Part shown: piece after piece, positions 27,148 to 39,285 of the stretch
Layout of the letters: every line of letters begins with the position of its first letter
Numbering within the stretch: position 1 is the first letter of the stretch
DNA from: Octopus vulgaris
Taxonomy: Eukaryota
Assembly: GCA_951406725.2 (NCBI GenBank)
Contig: OX597815.1
Coordinates: 178,560,001 to 178,624,000 of the forward strand
Length of the DNA: 64,000 nucleotides
Direction: 5' to 3'
The notes under the pieces: generated by a model
Seen by the model: only the letters and a program-made list of their open reading frames with translations
Told to the model about the DNA's origin: nothing
Databases searched by the model: none
Program-made: the position numbers and the translations under genes

Positions 27148-28144
27148 TTCCTCTTTCTTTCTTCTCTTTCTATCACTTTTTTCCTCCTCTCTCTCTCTCT
27201 CTCTCCCTCTCTCTCTACTCTTTATTTTCTCTGTATCACTAGCTTCTATTGTTTCACACTAAAGCTTCTATTTAGTTCTATTAAATCCGTTATTCTCTAC
27301 CAAATGTTTGCGCATAGACATATACGCAACTGCGCATGCACAATCACATACACACAAACAGAAACAAACGCGCGCGCGCACACACACACATATTGACATA
27401 CACACACATACAAATGTTCTCTCTTTGTATTACACAGTCTTTGTCTAATTCCCTCCCTTTTTTCTTTTTTTTTTGCATCAACTTTATGTTTGTCACTCTT
27501 CCTCTTGCGCACACACAACTATTTTTTATTATTTACATCCTTTGTTATGTACTAACTATATATATATATATATATACATATATATGTATATATATATATA
27601 CCTATATATATGTATATATATATATATATATGCATACACCTGTATATATTTGTGTGTGTGTGCGTATGTATGTATGCAGGTATTTGTGCACGCACACCTA
27701 TATGTACTTGTATATGCATGTTCGTGCCTATAAACATGCATATATATTATATATAAATATTACACATATATATGCATATATATTATATATAAATATTACA
27801 CATATATATATGCATATATATTATATATAAATATTACACATATATATGCATATATATTATATATAAATATTACACGTATATATACATATATATATATACA
27901 CACATATGTATGAATACATAGACACACACATATATCTATATATACATGTGTGTGTGTGTGTGTGTGTGTGTGAATATATATGCTTATATATATATATAAT
28001 ACGTATATATATATATATATTATGTTACTTTTACTTTCCCTCTCTCTCAGACACACACACATACGCAGCAGCACACGCACACACATAGCCACATATACAC
28101 ACAAAATGTCTGACTTCCTGTAGGTTAGTTTCCAATTGTGTTAG

Positions 28145-28290
28145 ATATATAATGCTCTCCATTATCTCGTGCTTTTCTCAACCAACCAAACGAATGTAAA
28201 AAACATAGATTCAGCTATGTCACTAAATTTGTGTTTCAATCTATTTTTGCCACACTATATGTTATTTTGAATTTTGTGAGGGATTTTTTT
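28145..28290 (+). pseudogene. GPCR exon remnant, ECL3-TM7
   Basis: gtgttag acceptor and ttt|gtgagt donor; IYNALHYLVLFSTNQTNVKNIDSAMSLNL / VFQSIFATLYVILNFVRDFF. Confidence 0.5.
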
Positions 28291-28374
28291 GTGAGTTTCT
28301 CTCTTTGTTTTTTGTTTTTTGTCGCCATTTCTTTGCATTTTTTTCTCAGGTTGTCATTCCAGTTATTATTTTTT

Positions 28375-29345
28375 AAGGCGGTGAAAAAGGCGGTGAGCTG
28401 GCAGAAACCTTAGAACGCCGGGCGAAGTGCTAAGCGGTATTTCGTCTGCCGCTACGTTCTGAGTTCAAATTCCGCCGAGGTCGACTTTGCCTTTCATCCT
28501 TTCGAGGTCGATTAAATAAGTACTAGTTACTCACTGGGGTCGATATAATCGACTTAATCCGTTTGTCTGTCCTTGTTTGTCCTCTCTCTGTTTAGCCCCT
28601 TGTGTGTAGTAAAGAAATGGGTATTTCGTCTGTCTTTGCGTTTTTATTTCAAATTCCGCCGAGGTCGACTTTGCCTTTCTTCCTTTCGGGGTCGATAAAT
28701 TAAGTACCAGTTGCGTACTGGGGTCGATCTAATCGACTGGCCTCCTCCCCGCAAATTTCAGATCTTGTGCCTAGAGTTGAAAAGGTTATTATGAAGGTGG
28801 CGAAAAAGGCGGCGAGCTGGCAGAATCGTTAGCACGCCGGGCAAAATACTTAGCGGCATTATGTCTCTACGTTCTGAGTTCAAATTCCGCCAAGGTCGAC
28901 TTCGTATTTCAGCCTTTCGGGGTCGATAAAACAAGTACCAGTTAAACACTGATATCGATGTAATCGACTCATCCCCTCCCACAAAATAGCTGCCCTTGTA
29001 GCAGAATTTAAAATCTTTATTAAAGCGGCGTAAGGCGGTGAACTGGCAGAATTGCTAGCATGCCGGACTAAATACTTAGCTGCATTTTCGTCCGTCTTAA
29101 AGTTTTGAGTTCAAATTCTGAGGGTTCCAACTTTGCCTTTTATCTTTCCGGGATCGATAGAATGATTTCACTTTGGGCACGGGGATCGATGCAACTGACT
29201 TTCTCCTTTCTTTAAAATTGCTGGCCTTGTGCCAATATTTGAAGCCATTACTAAGGTAGCCAGTGGAGAAACTGTTAGAGCGGCGGAAAAAATGCATTGC
29301 GTTATTTTTTCCGACTTATTACGTTCTGAGTTCAATTTCTGCCAT
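28375..29345 (+). mobile_element. Head-to-tail array of about five family A SINEs
   Basis: Heads or cores at ~28375, 28620, 28805, 29020 and 29255, increasingly diverged toward the 3' end. Confidence 0.85.
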
Positions 29346-29490
29346 TTTGAGGTTTCCCAGTATCTGAGCTAGGTAAGAATCAACCCCTCTTGCTATTGTT
29401 CCTAAGGCACTTATGACCACAGGTGTTGTTTTAGTCTTGAAGTTCAGCATTTTGCCAATTTCTATTTCAAAATCTTTATACTTGCTCAAT
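29345..29490 (-). mobile_element. R4/Dong-type endonuclease fragment (another at 33330-33490, minus)
   Basis: KYKDFEIEIGKMLNFKTKTTPVVISALGTI and KYKMLEIKFKRTWNTTTKIMPVVIRAL. Confidence 0.7.
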
Positions 29491-30101
29491 TTTTGGTAGG
29501 TCTTGACACATCCAAGTTCAACCGACACACCCAACTCAACCACATGTTTACAAACACCGGGAACTCTCTTAACACAAAATGTCTTGTCGCTTTGTTAGCA
29601 ACCAGCCATAACACTCTCAAGAACCTAAATAAGACTCAAAGAAAAATCATGTATGTGTATGGGGGATCTCCATCGGTCCACAATGAAGATTCATTTGATC
29701 GTTGAAAAGAATTTCTTGAAAATGAACGAACATATAAGTAGAGCAATTTTCAGATAGAATAGGGGTGACAAACTGTATGACGGGACTGGACCTTTTGAAT
29801 TCTGTATACAATCCTCTCGACGTGATTCTATACAAGGATGTAAATGGAGTTTTAAAAGTTGATTAACTGTTATGCTATCTCATTTGAAATGGCAATTATT
29901 CAATGTAGATAGATAAATAAATAGATAGATGGATGGAAAGATAGATAGATCGATAGATAGATAGGTAAAAAAGAAATGTTGAAAATGTGCTATATTTTTT
30001 TGTATGCATATTTGAAATATCTGAATAGAGCAAGACGTTTTTGACACAGGAGATAAATGTCATGTATGTATGCATGTATGTATACATGTATGTGTGTGCA
30101 T

Positions 30102-30141
<40 letters not shown>

Positions 30142-30175
30142 CTATATATATACACACACACACAAATATATATAT

Positions 30176-30225
<50 letters not shown>

Positions 30226-31107
30226 GTTAGAGATAAAAAATGTTTTCACATAAAAGAATGTTATATAACAAAATGTTTTACTGAAAATATATTTGTACAT
30301 GTTTTCACAAAATGAGTTTTACAAAAGAAGAAAGTCACATTCTATTAATAAGTTTTCATATAAAAAAATAACCGTTTTACTGAATAAATATTAGTGCATG
30401 TTTAAACAAAAGAATAATAAATCGCCATGCACACAGTGAAAATCAGAACGATGACATTTATATCCATTCTGAATACGTTACTGCATATTCGAACGTGAAA
30501 CAGATTTTTATATTTATAAAAATGTTTACTTTACACAGGAGTTAATTTTTCTAAATAGAATATGGCGCATATGAAAATATAGTGGGTGTTGTATGTTACA
30601 GCCTTAATTAGGAAAATTCTTTGGTTTGTATTTGTCAATAAATTATATTTCTTTATTATTTGTTACTATTCTGTAGTTGAGTCATTACACTGACATAATC
30701 GAAAGACTATACAGATTTTATAAGATTTGCCTTCTGCAATTTTCTTTATGTTGACTTAGGAGAACTTCCCTTGTACATGGTTCTCTGATGTGTTGGCGAT
30801 ATACAGCCATTCTTTTTCTGAATGTCAAATATGCTTGTCCAGTGTATTCACGATCAGCTTTTACATGTTATAATATATATTAAGTCGTCTGAATTTCAAG
30901 AAAGATTTTTTTGTTGTTGCTGTTGTTTTGAAATTAGGGCCGTCATTCAAATAGGATGTTGAACCTTCTTATAGGTTGCTAAATACTCTACAATTTGGAA
31001 GGTTACATTTACTGACTTTAGAACCAGAATTTAGTGAATGCAGTTTTGTATTGATCAGTATCTTTTTTCAGTAACATCTCTTATCTCTGTTCATAATTTT
31101 ATGTTTT

Positions 31108-31137
<30 letters not shown>

Positions 31138-31142
<5 letters not shown>

Positions 31143-31279
31143 AAAGAAAACAGAAAACGGAGAAATATTGATGAACAACAATTGTCTTCACATCAATATT
31201 ATTTATTAATTCAATACAAATAGGCTGTAAGTCAATCGTTGTTCATCATTATTTCTCCATTTTCTGTTATCTTTAAATT
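31138..31279. repeat. Inverted repeat (~50-bp arms)
   Basis: AATTTAAAGAAAACAGAAAACGGAGAAATATTGATGAACAAC / GTTGTTCATCATTATTTCTCCATTTTCTGTTATCTTTAAATT. Confidence 0.85.
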
Positions 31280-31593
31280 TTAATTCTTGACAAACTCATG
31301 TTTATATTTGTCTTTACCTATAATTTCTGAGCATAACATGCTTGCATATGTATGCCCATGGTTACACATTAAGTAATATATCGGTAGTATAATAGATACT
31401 TCTATCCTTTAGACGGTTATTTTAACCTATAACTCACCTAACCTCATATATATTATATATGTTTGACTTCATAGCACCACCTAATAGAATCTGTTACGTC
31501 ATTTTTAAGTCCAGTTTTGTGGTTTCATGATCCACTCAAGTAGGAAGTTGTTGACCGAGATGTACCCAAGTATTGGCAGCTTATCCGGTATTC

Positions 31594-31674
<81 letters not shown>

Positions 31675-31685
31675 GTGTGTGTATG

Positions 31686-31978
31686 TGGAGGCCCAGTGGT
31701 TAGGGCAGCTGACTCGCGGTCGTAGAATCGCGGTTTCGATTCCCAGACCGGGCGTTGTGAGTGTTTATTGAGCGAAAACACCTAAAAGCTCCACGAGGCT
31801 CCGGCAGGGGGTGGTGATCCCTGCTGTACTCTTTCACCACTCTTTCTCCCACCATTTCTTCTGTTGGCCTGCTCGCTAAGCCAGCGGGGTGGCGTCATTC
31901 GAAGGCTAAAACAATGCGAACGCATTGTGACCAGCGATGTGTAACTACATCTGATGGACTGGTTGGTCACGTGATCAA

Positions 31979-31985
<7 letters not shown>
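31686..31985 (+). mobile_element. tRNA-headed SINE family D (second copy 22868-23010)
   Basis: GGCCCAGTGGTTAGGGCAGC..GGTTTCGATTCCCAGACCGGGCG head, nearly identical in both copies. Confidence 0.8.
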
Positions 31986-32014
<29 letters not shown>

Positions 32015-32650
32015 TGATTGATTGATTCTAGTTTCAGCTCATGAGCTGTGGCCATGCTGATATATATATACTCTTTTACTTGTTTCAGTCATTTGACTGC
32101 AGCCATACTGGAGAACCGCCTTTAGTCGAGCAACTCGACCCCGGGACTTATTCTTTGTAAGCCCAGTACTTATTCTATCGGTCTCTTTTGCCGAACCGCT
32201 AAGTGACGGGGACGTAAACACACCACCATCGGTTGTCAAACAATCCTAGGGGGACAGACACACAAACACACACATATATATACATATATACGACAGGCTT
32301 CTTTCAGTTTCCGTCTACCAAATCCACTCACAAGGCATTGGTCGGCCCGGGGCTATAGCAGAAGACACTTGCCCAAGATGCCACGCAGTGGGACTGAACC
32401 CGGAACCATGTGGTTGGTTAGCAAGCTACTTACCACACAGCCACTCCTAATATATATATATATTACTATACAATATGCCATTATATATTGCGTAACAACT
32501 GGCTCATCCCTCGTTTTATATAGCTATTTGTATACCAAAAATCCCACACAACAGCATCAGCACCATCACCACCACCAAAAGTCCCACATATGATGTTACC
32601 CTTTCAAGTATTTTGCTGTGGTTATGCGCCCTTGTAGCAAATAAAAGTAA

Positions 32651-33205
32651 TTCTTCGTCTTCTTCTTCTTCTTCTTCGTCTTCTTCGTCTTCTTCTTCGT
32701 CTTCTTCGTGTTCTTCTTCGTCTTCTTCGTGTTCTTCGTGTTGTTCTTCTTCGTCCTCTTCGTCTTCGTCCTCTTCGTCTTCGTCCTCTTCGTCTTCGTC
32801 TTCTTCTTTGTCCTCTTCGTCTTCGTCTTCTTCGTCTTCGTCTTCTTCTTCTTTGTCTTCTTCTTCGTCTTCTTCTTCTTTGTCTTCTTCTTCGTCTTCT
32901 TCGTCTTCGTCTTCTTCTTCTTTGTCTTCTTCTTCTTTGTCTTCTTCTTTCTTCTTCTTCTTCGTCTTCTTCTTCTTCGTCTTCTTCGACTTCTTCGTCT
33001 TCTTCTTCGTCTTCTTCGTCTTCGTCTTCTTCTTCGTCTTCTTCGTCTTCGTCTTCGTCTTCTTCGTCTTCTTCTTCTTCGTCTTCTTCCTCTTTGTCTT
33101 CTTCTTTATCTTCTTCTTCGTCTTCTTCCTCTTTGTCTTCGTCTTTATCTTCTTCTTCGTCTTCGTCTTTTTCTGCTTCTTCTTCTTCGTCTTCTTCGTC
33201 TTCTT
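32651..33205. repeat. (TCT/TCG)n trinucleotide low-complexity tract
   Basis: Direct inspection; open in several frames because the repeat lacks stops. Confidence 0.9.
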
Positions 33206-34033
33206 GTACATCCTGTTTCATAGCTTGTTGAGACGAATCAAACCACGAGTCTGAAACACCAGATGCAAGATCTCACGTGATTAATGGCACTTTGTCCTAC
33301 GTGAACTTCTTGGTTGCGTAGATATTGACATTGGCTGGATACGGTCACTGAACTTCTCAGCTTCCTTCTTCATAAATTCTAGGGCTCTGATGACCACTGG
33401 CATTATTTTGGTCGTCGTATTCCATGTCCTCTTAAATTTGATCTCCAGCATTTTGTACTTGGTGCACATGGCCAGCTTCTCTGCGACTTTCATGCAGTTG
33501 CTTCTTTCTGAGAGAATTCCTCAAGTCGTGATTGTTATCATTGACATTATCGCCACTAATACTGCTGGTTCTACAATCATCAGCATCATCTGCATCATAA
33601 CCATAATCGTCATTAACCTCAGCAGCAACAACAACAACAATCACAATCACAAAAGCAACAAAGATATTAATTCCATCGTCGTCACCGTGCATCTATTTTT
33701 TTTTTTTTTGTTGTTTCAGACATTATATTCTTTATAACATGACCACCACCACCACTAACAGCACCAACATCTTCCTTATTATTATCGCCATCGTCATCAT
33801 CATCAGCAGCAGCAGCAACAGTATCATCATCATCATCATCATCCTCAGTAGAAGTGTCCTAAACTTCGTCAAAATCATTATGACGAACACAGCCAACACC
33901 AACACCATCTCCACCATCATCTTGCTTTCATCATCATCAGCACCATCACCACCACCACCACCACCACCACCACGACCGCCACCAGCCTTCGCTATCAATT
34001 CTTTCATCTTTCTTTTCTCTTGTATTGTTTCAG

Positions 34034-34172
34034 TGCATTTCATATCTCAGATTTGCAGCAATACGTTCAGTTCCACCCAATAACCCCAAACCACAGCCAC
34101 AAAGACTCGTCTCACTCCTATGCTTATGTTCTGAATACAGAAACAACCTCGCTAACAAAAATCACCGTTTGA
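34034..34172 (+). other. Candidate terminal exon (GPCR C-tail?)
   Basis: Long pyrimidine tract plus ttgtttcag, then non-repetitive AFHISDLQQYVQFHPITPNHSHKDSSHSYAYVLNTETTSLTKITV*. No recognisable homology. Confidence 0.25.
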
Positions 34173-34687
34173 CACTGTCCCTGAGCATGCGTACACCCAC
34201 CGATGCACTCGCTCTGCTCCGACTTTAATTAAGATTTTGCCTTTCCTGTCTTTTCTATCAGACTTTCGGTTTGGATTTTCGTTTCTGTTTTTGTGGTTTC
34301 TTTTACATTTTTTCGTATCATTTCTTCGATTAGTAGTAGTAGTAGTAATAGTAGTAGTAGTAATAGTAGTAGTAGTAGTAGTAGTAGCTGTTGTTATTGT
34401 TGTTGTTGTTCCAGGCAGCGAATTATCAGAGACATTAGAGCGTCGGACGGAATGCTTCGCAGTATGGTGTTCCCGCTCTATGCACTCAAGAGTTCAAATC
34501 TGGCCGAGGTCAGCTTTACCTTCATCCTTCTGGGCCAATAAAAACAATGCTGCGGTCGTTTTCTCTCTCTTTCTCCCTCTCTCTCTCTGTCTGTCTCTCT
34601 CTCCCTCTCCACACTTACACAAACACACAATGATTTTACATGTATGTATTTATATATTAGACGTATAATATAGTATTTATATGTAGC

Positions 34688-34734
34688 GGTTGCCTTCTAA
34701 GCAGTCGATCCGGGTTCGACTCCCGGCCGATGCA
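34688..34734 (+). pseudogene. 5'-truncated tRNA-Gly fragment (anticodon TCC->TCT)
   Basis: GGTTGCCTTCTAAGCAGTCGATCCGGGTTCGACTCCCGGCCGATGCA followed by TTTT. The 3' part is nearly identical to the 42695-42763 copy; the 5' third is absent. Confidence 0.75.
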
Positions 34735-35029
34735 GGTCTTCCTTTTAATAGGCGCAGGCGTGGCTGTATGGTAAGAAGCTTAATTCCCAACCACATGGTT
34801 CCGGATTCAGTCTCGTTGCCTGGCACGTTAGCCTCATTGCATCATATGAAGAGTAGAATTCTCATGGTCAACTTCCGTTGCCCTAGTTATGGAGAAGGAT
34901 TGAACAAAGTTGTAGTAACTCTTCTCATAGAAGATTTGATATCCATCAGAGAATGGCCCTGGACGAGTTGATGTCGAGGAGAGAAGAAAACGGTAATAAA
35001 GAACTGTAGACGGGGGTTCTATGAGTCAG

Positions 35030-35460
35030 TGGCGGGGGTAAATAGATCACATCGATCCTCACTGCTCAACTGGTATTTATTTTAAAGGCGGCGAGCTGGC
35101 AGAAACGTTAGCACGCCGGGCGAAATGCTTAGCGGTATTTCGTCTGCGTTACGTTGTGAGTTCAAATTCCGCTGAGGTCGACTTTGCCTTTCATCCTTTC
35201 GGGGTCGATAAATTAAGTACCAGTTACGCACTGGGGTCGACGTAATCGACTTAATACCTATGTCTGTCCTTGTTTGTCCCCTCTGTGTTTAGCCCCTTGT
35301 GAGTAATAAAGAAATAGGTATTTATTTTATCGACTCCGATTTGATGAAAGGCAAGGTTGACCTCAGGAATTTGTGTTCAGAATGTAAACACGGACGAAAA
35401 GCTGCTAAGCATTTTGTCCGACATGCTAACGATTCTACAGGCTTGTCACCCTTCCAAAGA
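35030..35460. mobile_element. Family A SINE (+, 35084-35318) nested in an older minus-strand copy
   Basis: The minus-strand copy is split at ggtatttattttaaa..., and ggtatttattttat recurs after the insert. Confidence 0.75.
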
Positions 35461-35879
35461 AAAGCTATCAGAAATATTCAAAGTACCATTTCAATGGTTT
35501 CCATATGCTTTTCGAATATAGTGTACCTGGGACTACAGTGTTTCAAAGTGTTCTTTTTAAAATGGTAAGATTTGATTTTAAGATTATTTCGCTATTGTTT
35601 CAAGCTGGGGACTTCTTAAATACTGTTCCAGGTGTTCATAATGGTGTCGGTGGTAAGCAGGCTGGGTGGGTGCAGTGATCGTGTATCAGCGGCGGGAGTG
35701 ACTGGGTATCGATTGTAGTAGCAGCAGCAGCAGTAGTTGCAGTAGTAGTAGGAGGAGGAGGAGTGATGGTGAGTGTATTAGTAGTTTTAGATAGTAAATT
35801 ATAGTGATTTGGGTTGTTGTTTTTTTATTTCTAGAATGCAGATATCGCTGCTATTTAGTTACCAGTTTTGGTTATGAAA

Positions 35880-36500
35880 TCTCGTAATAAAATTTACCTA
35901 AATATGGTTGATGTTGCAGAATGGTCAGATTTTGTGGAGACTATTATTATTGAGCAGGGTAATGTAAAGCTCAAACAAGGTGCGAACGAACTTGTTATTT
36001 ACCAAACACACTGAACTTTCCATGGCTCTGTCATGAGAGATCTTGGACATCATGTTGGTGAGTAATGATGTAATCTATCAAACGCCATTCTTTTCCTCCG
36101 AGACACATCGATTGATTTCATATCTAGCGTGAAATAAACATCTCTTCAGTTTCTCTAAACGTTAACCATTCTCTGCAAAGAATGTTTTTTTTTTAAAACA
36201 AAACACAAGAACGCCGGTGATAGTTCAAGAAATATTCCTCTTAAAACACTATAGCCGGGCGAGTTGTCTTCATTCATTTGATAGCTAGGTTTTCCACTTT
36301 TGAAATAAACATTTCCGAAAATATGGACAACTCGCCACAGCTTCTGTCCTGCAGTTAAAGTGGCCTCCTGGCTCATGTGAGTGGTTGAGGATAATATATC
36401 TTTCTGCCATACACAATTTACACAGTCTTGTTCCACTGCGATAGGGTCCACAAGTTTCCAGCAATTTCCACCAGATGTTAAAGGGCGTATGATAGTCCTT
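35880..36500 (-). mobile_element. Degraded Tc1/mariner transposase N-terminal remnant
   Basis: FKSGKPS..EDNSPG and RM.NV..LK echo mariner helix-turn-helix residues; frameshifted. Confidence 0.4.
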
Positions 36501-36521
36501 TAGGGGCCATATATATGTATA

Positions 36522-36591
<70 letters not shown>

Positions 36592-36651
36592 TTTTCAGAA
36601 TGAGATAGAAAAGAACCAAGGCTGTGAAGATATTAGAACATTTATAAATAG

Positions 36652-36699
36652 GTCTTACAGCTGTTTCCAGGATATTTATTATATCCCTTCATCGGAGAC
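36652..36699 (-). ncRNA. Minimal type-I hammerhead ribozyme motif with U4C core variant
   Basis: Minus strand: GUCU CCGAUGA aGGGAUAUaauaaAUAUCCUg GAA ACAGCUGU A AGAC. Helix I GUCU/AGAC, 7-bp helix II, palindromic helix III. Confidence 0.6.
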
Positions 36700-37786
36700 G
36701 GTGTGGGAAAATGGTTAAGCAATAGTTAATTTAGATAAGATGCGAAATAGAGAGTGAAGTGTATATAGAGAGACGATCGAGGTGATGTACATTGAACGTT
36801 GGTAAACTTAATAGCCATCACCCACTTGGAAACTACTTACCGCGGGTGCTTTTGGCTACAAGATTCCAAGCTAAATTTCCGTATGAGACTAACCTCTTGT
36901 CTTCCTTCCGCCATTGTCAAAAGCCTTGAAAAAGTGTCACATATTTTACCGTTCATCCTCTGACTAAAACATTAAAAAAATTGTGGTTGTGACAGTAATA
37001 AAACACGATACTAATGGGAAAAACTTTTTTTCCTCTTCAGAGGACCAGTTGAGCACAGACTATCGCACGAAAACATATGAACTCACTCCTGGGAGATTAC
37101 AAAACACACGTCTATCTATCAGTAAATGAATGCTATTTACATTGATGATTTGTTCTGTTCCCGACGTATATATTTCGAACTAGATGGGCGGACATGTTGA
37201 CTGTTAAGTCTCCTTTACAAAATACTTCCAACCTTATTAATATCGGTGTCACAAAACCACGAACTAGCCTCAAACAGTTAGCTTCGATTACTCGAAGCAT
37301 CTTCGAAGTTTCTCCCCAAGTCACTTGCTGGTTCCAAATGGGGTGGACATTATCCGATACTGTAATCCCAGAATTTGTCTTAGAAAGCCAAATGGAATCC
37401 CCACCCACACCTAACGGCAATATATCAAAGATTACTTCGGTATCGGAAACCATCCAAAATTCACAGAATTCTGAACGCTGTTTTTTCACTGATGTGTTAT
37501 TAGTCACACACACATACGCGCACACACATTCTCTCTCTCTTTTTCTCACACACACACACATTCTCTCTCTCTTTTTCTCACACACACACACACATACACA
37601 CGAACACACACAAAACGGACTTCTTTCAGTTTCCATCTACCAAATCCACTCTACAAGGCTTTCGTTGACCCGAGGCTATGGTAGAAGACACTTGTCCAAA
37701 GTGCCACGCTGTGGGACTGAACCTAGACCTATGTGGTTGGGAAGCAAACTTCATACCACATAACCACGCCTGCGCGTGTGTATGTA

Positions 37787-37830
<44 letters not shown>

Positions 37831-38227
37831 GAAACCCTGAATACCGGAAAATACCGGTCAGCGGACACATAGATAGATGTGCTGGAAATGTAAATCCGAT
37901 ATCACAAGACTTTGCTTAGAAAGGATTTAGCTCATCCTATTAGGTTCTATTAAGTTAGACATGGCCTGGACCAATCTTTGGTCGAAACATATCTAAGTTT
38001 TATGTATAAACGTTTATGTGTGTGTGTGTGTGTGTGTGTTTGTCCCCCGCCACCAGCATCACTTGACAACCGATGCTGGTGTGCTTATGTCCTCCCGAAA
38101 CTTAGCGATTCGACAAAAGACACCGATAGAATAAGTACTAGGCTTACAAAGAATAAGTTCTGGGTTCGATTTGTTCGACTAAAGGCGGTGCACCAGCATG
38201 GCCGCAGTCAAATGACTGAAAGGTGTA

Positions 38228-38269
<42 letters not shown>

Positions 38270-38823
38270 GAGCTTCTTTCAGTTTCCGTCTACCAAATCC
38301 ACTCCGAAAGCTTCGGTCGGCCTGAAGTTAGTGAAAGACACATACCCAAGGTGCCATGCGGTGGGACTGAACCCAGAACCGTTTGGTTCGGAAGCAAAAC
38401 TTCCTTCCACCTCCTGCGCCTATATGTCGATTTTTTTCCAACAACAACAACATCAGCTATTGCTGCTCCTGCAACTACTATTATTACTGTTACTAACCGT
38501 ACAACTATTACTGCTGCTGCTGCTGCTGTTGTGGTTGCTATGGCTACTAATCATATACAAAGGCCGCTTCGTCAGTTGCTACAAGTGTCGCTCTTATCGT
38601 CACTGCAAAAGAACAGACATTGCTCTGACTACCACAGCACATACTATAAACACTACAGCAATGGTTGCTGTTACTACTACTACTACTACTACTACTACTG
38701 CTGCTGCTGCTTCTTTTTATCTACTATTGCCATTGTTGTTGTTGCTATTACAACTACAACAGCAGTTGTTGTTGTTGTTATTCCTGTTGTAATTACCCCT
38801 GCAACAACTAACAATTATAACAG

Positions 38824-39285
38824 TGGTTTCAAATTTTGCCACGAGGCCAGCAATTTTGGGTGAGTGGGTGGGGGATGACTTGATTACATCGACCCCAGTG
38901 TTTAACTGGTACTTATTTTATCGACCCTGAATGGATGAAAGGCAAAGTTGACCTGGGCAGAACTTGAACTCAGAACGTAATGACGGACGAAAATGCCGCT
39001 AAGCATTTCGCCCGGCGTGCTTACCATTCTGCCATTCAGCCGTGATAATAATAATAATTATAATTATAATGATCCTTTCTACTATAGGCACAAAGCCTGG
39101 ATTTTTTTTTTTTTTTTTTGTGGGGTGGGGTACAATCGACCACATCGACTCCAGTAATTGACTGGAACTTAATTTATCGACCTCGAAAGGATGAAAGGCA
39201 AAGTCAACCTCGGCGTGATTTGAACTCAGAAGGCTAAGCATTTCGACCAGCGCACTAACGATTCTGCCAGCTGGCCGCCTTAATA
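38824..39285 (-). mobile_element. Two tandem family A SINEs
   Basis: Reverse-complement core repeated twice. Confidence 0.8.

Larger units (their letters stand above)
17674..28290 (+). pseudogene. Rhodopsin-class (prostanoid-receptor-like) GPCR, multi-exon, frameshifted; pseudogene or indel-ridden assembly
   Basis: Seven colinear segments recoverable with 1-nt frameshifts. TM1 FGVL(G)NIGAI ~17748-17785; TM2/TM3 GFCVA-DLCA..IQLVSF..HCRSFTAFINYFG(L)S 20889-21045; ICL2 YPFFYKHF..FFLVY|gtaaat 21523-21619; TM4/ECL2 CLLGLNYSNIRPKLGLPCYV 22329-22438; TM5 YGAGFLI..LVAVNNIVCLYR..KQGSR|gtattg ~25945-26124; TM6 ag|KQETRLLR..FFLCNLPF 27013-27107; TM7 IYNALHYLV..VFQSIFA-LYVILN..|gtgagt 28145-28290. Confidence 0.6.

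Noticed and set aside
32516-33254. Poly-E/D, poly-K and poly-S ORFs
   Set aside because: Trinucleotide repeat open in several frames on both strands; no flanking domain or splice support.
37963-37998. GACCA-atctt-TGGTC-GAAAC hairpin
   Set aside because: CUGAUGA core and helix I are missing; at best a dead remnant.
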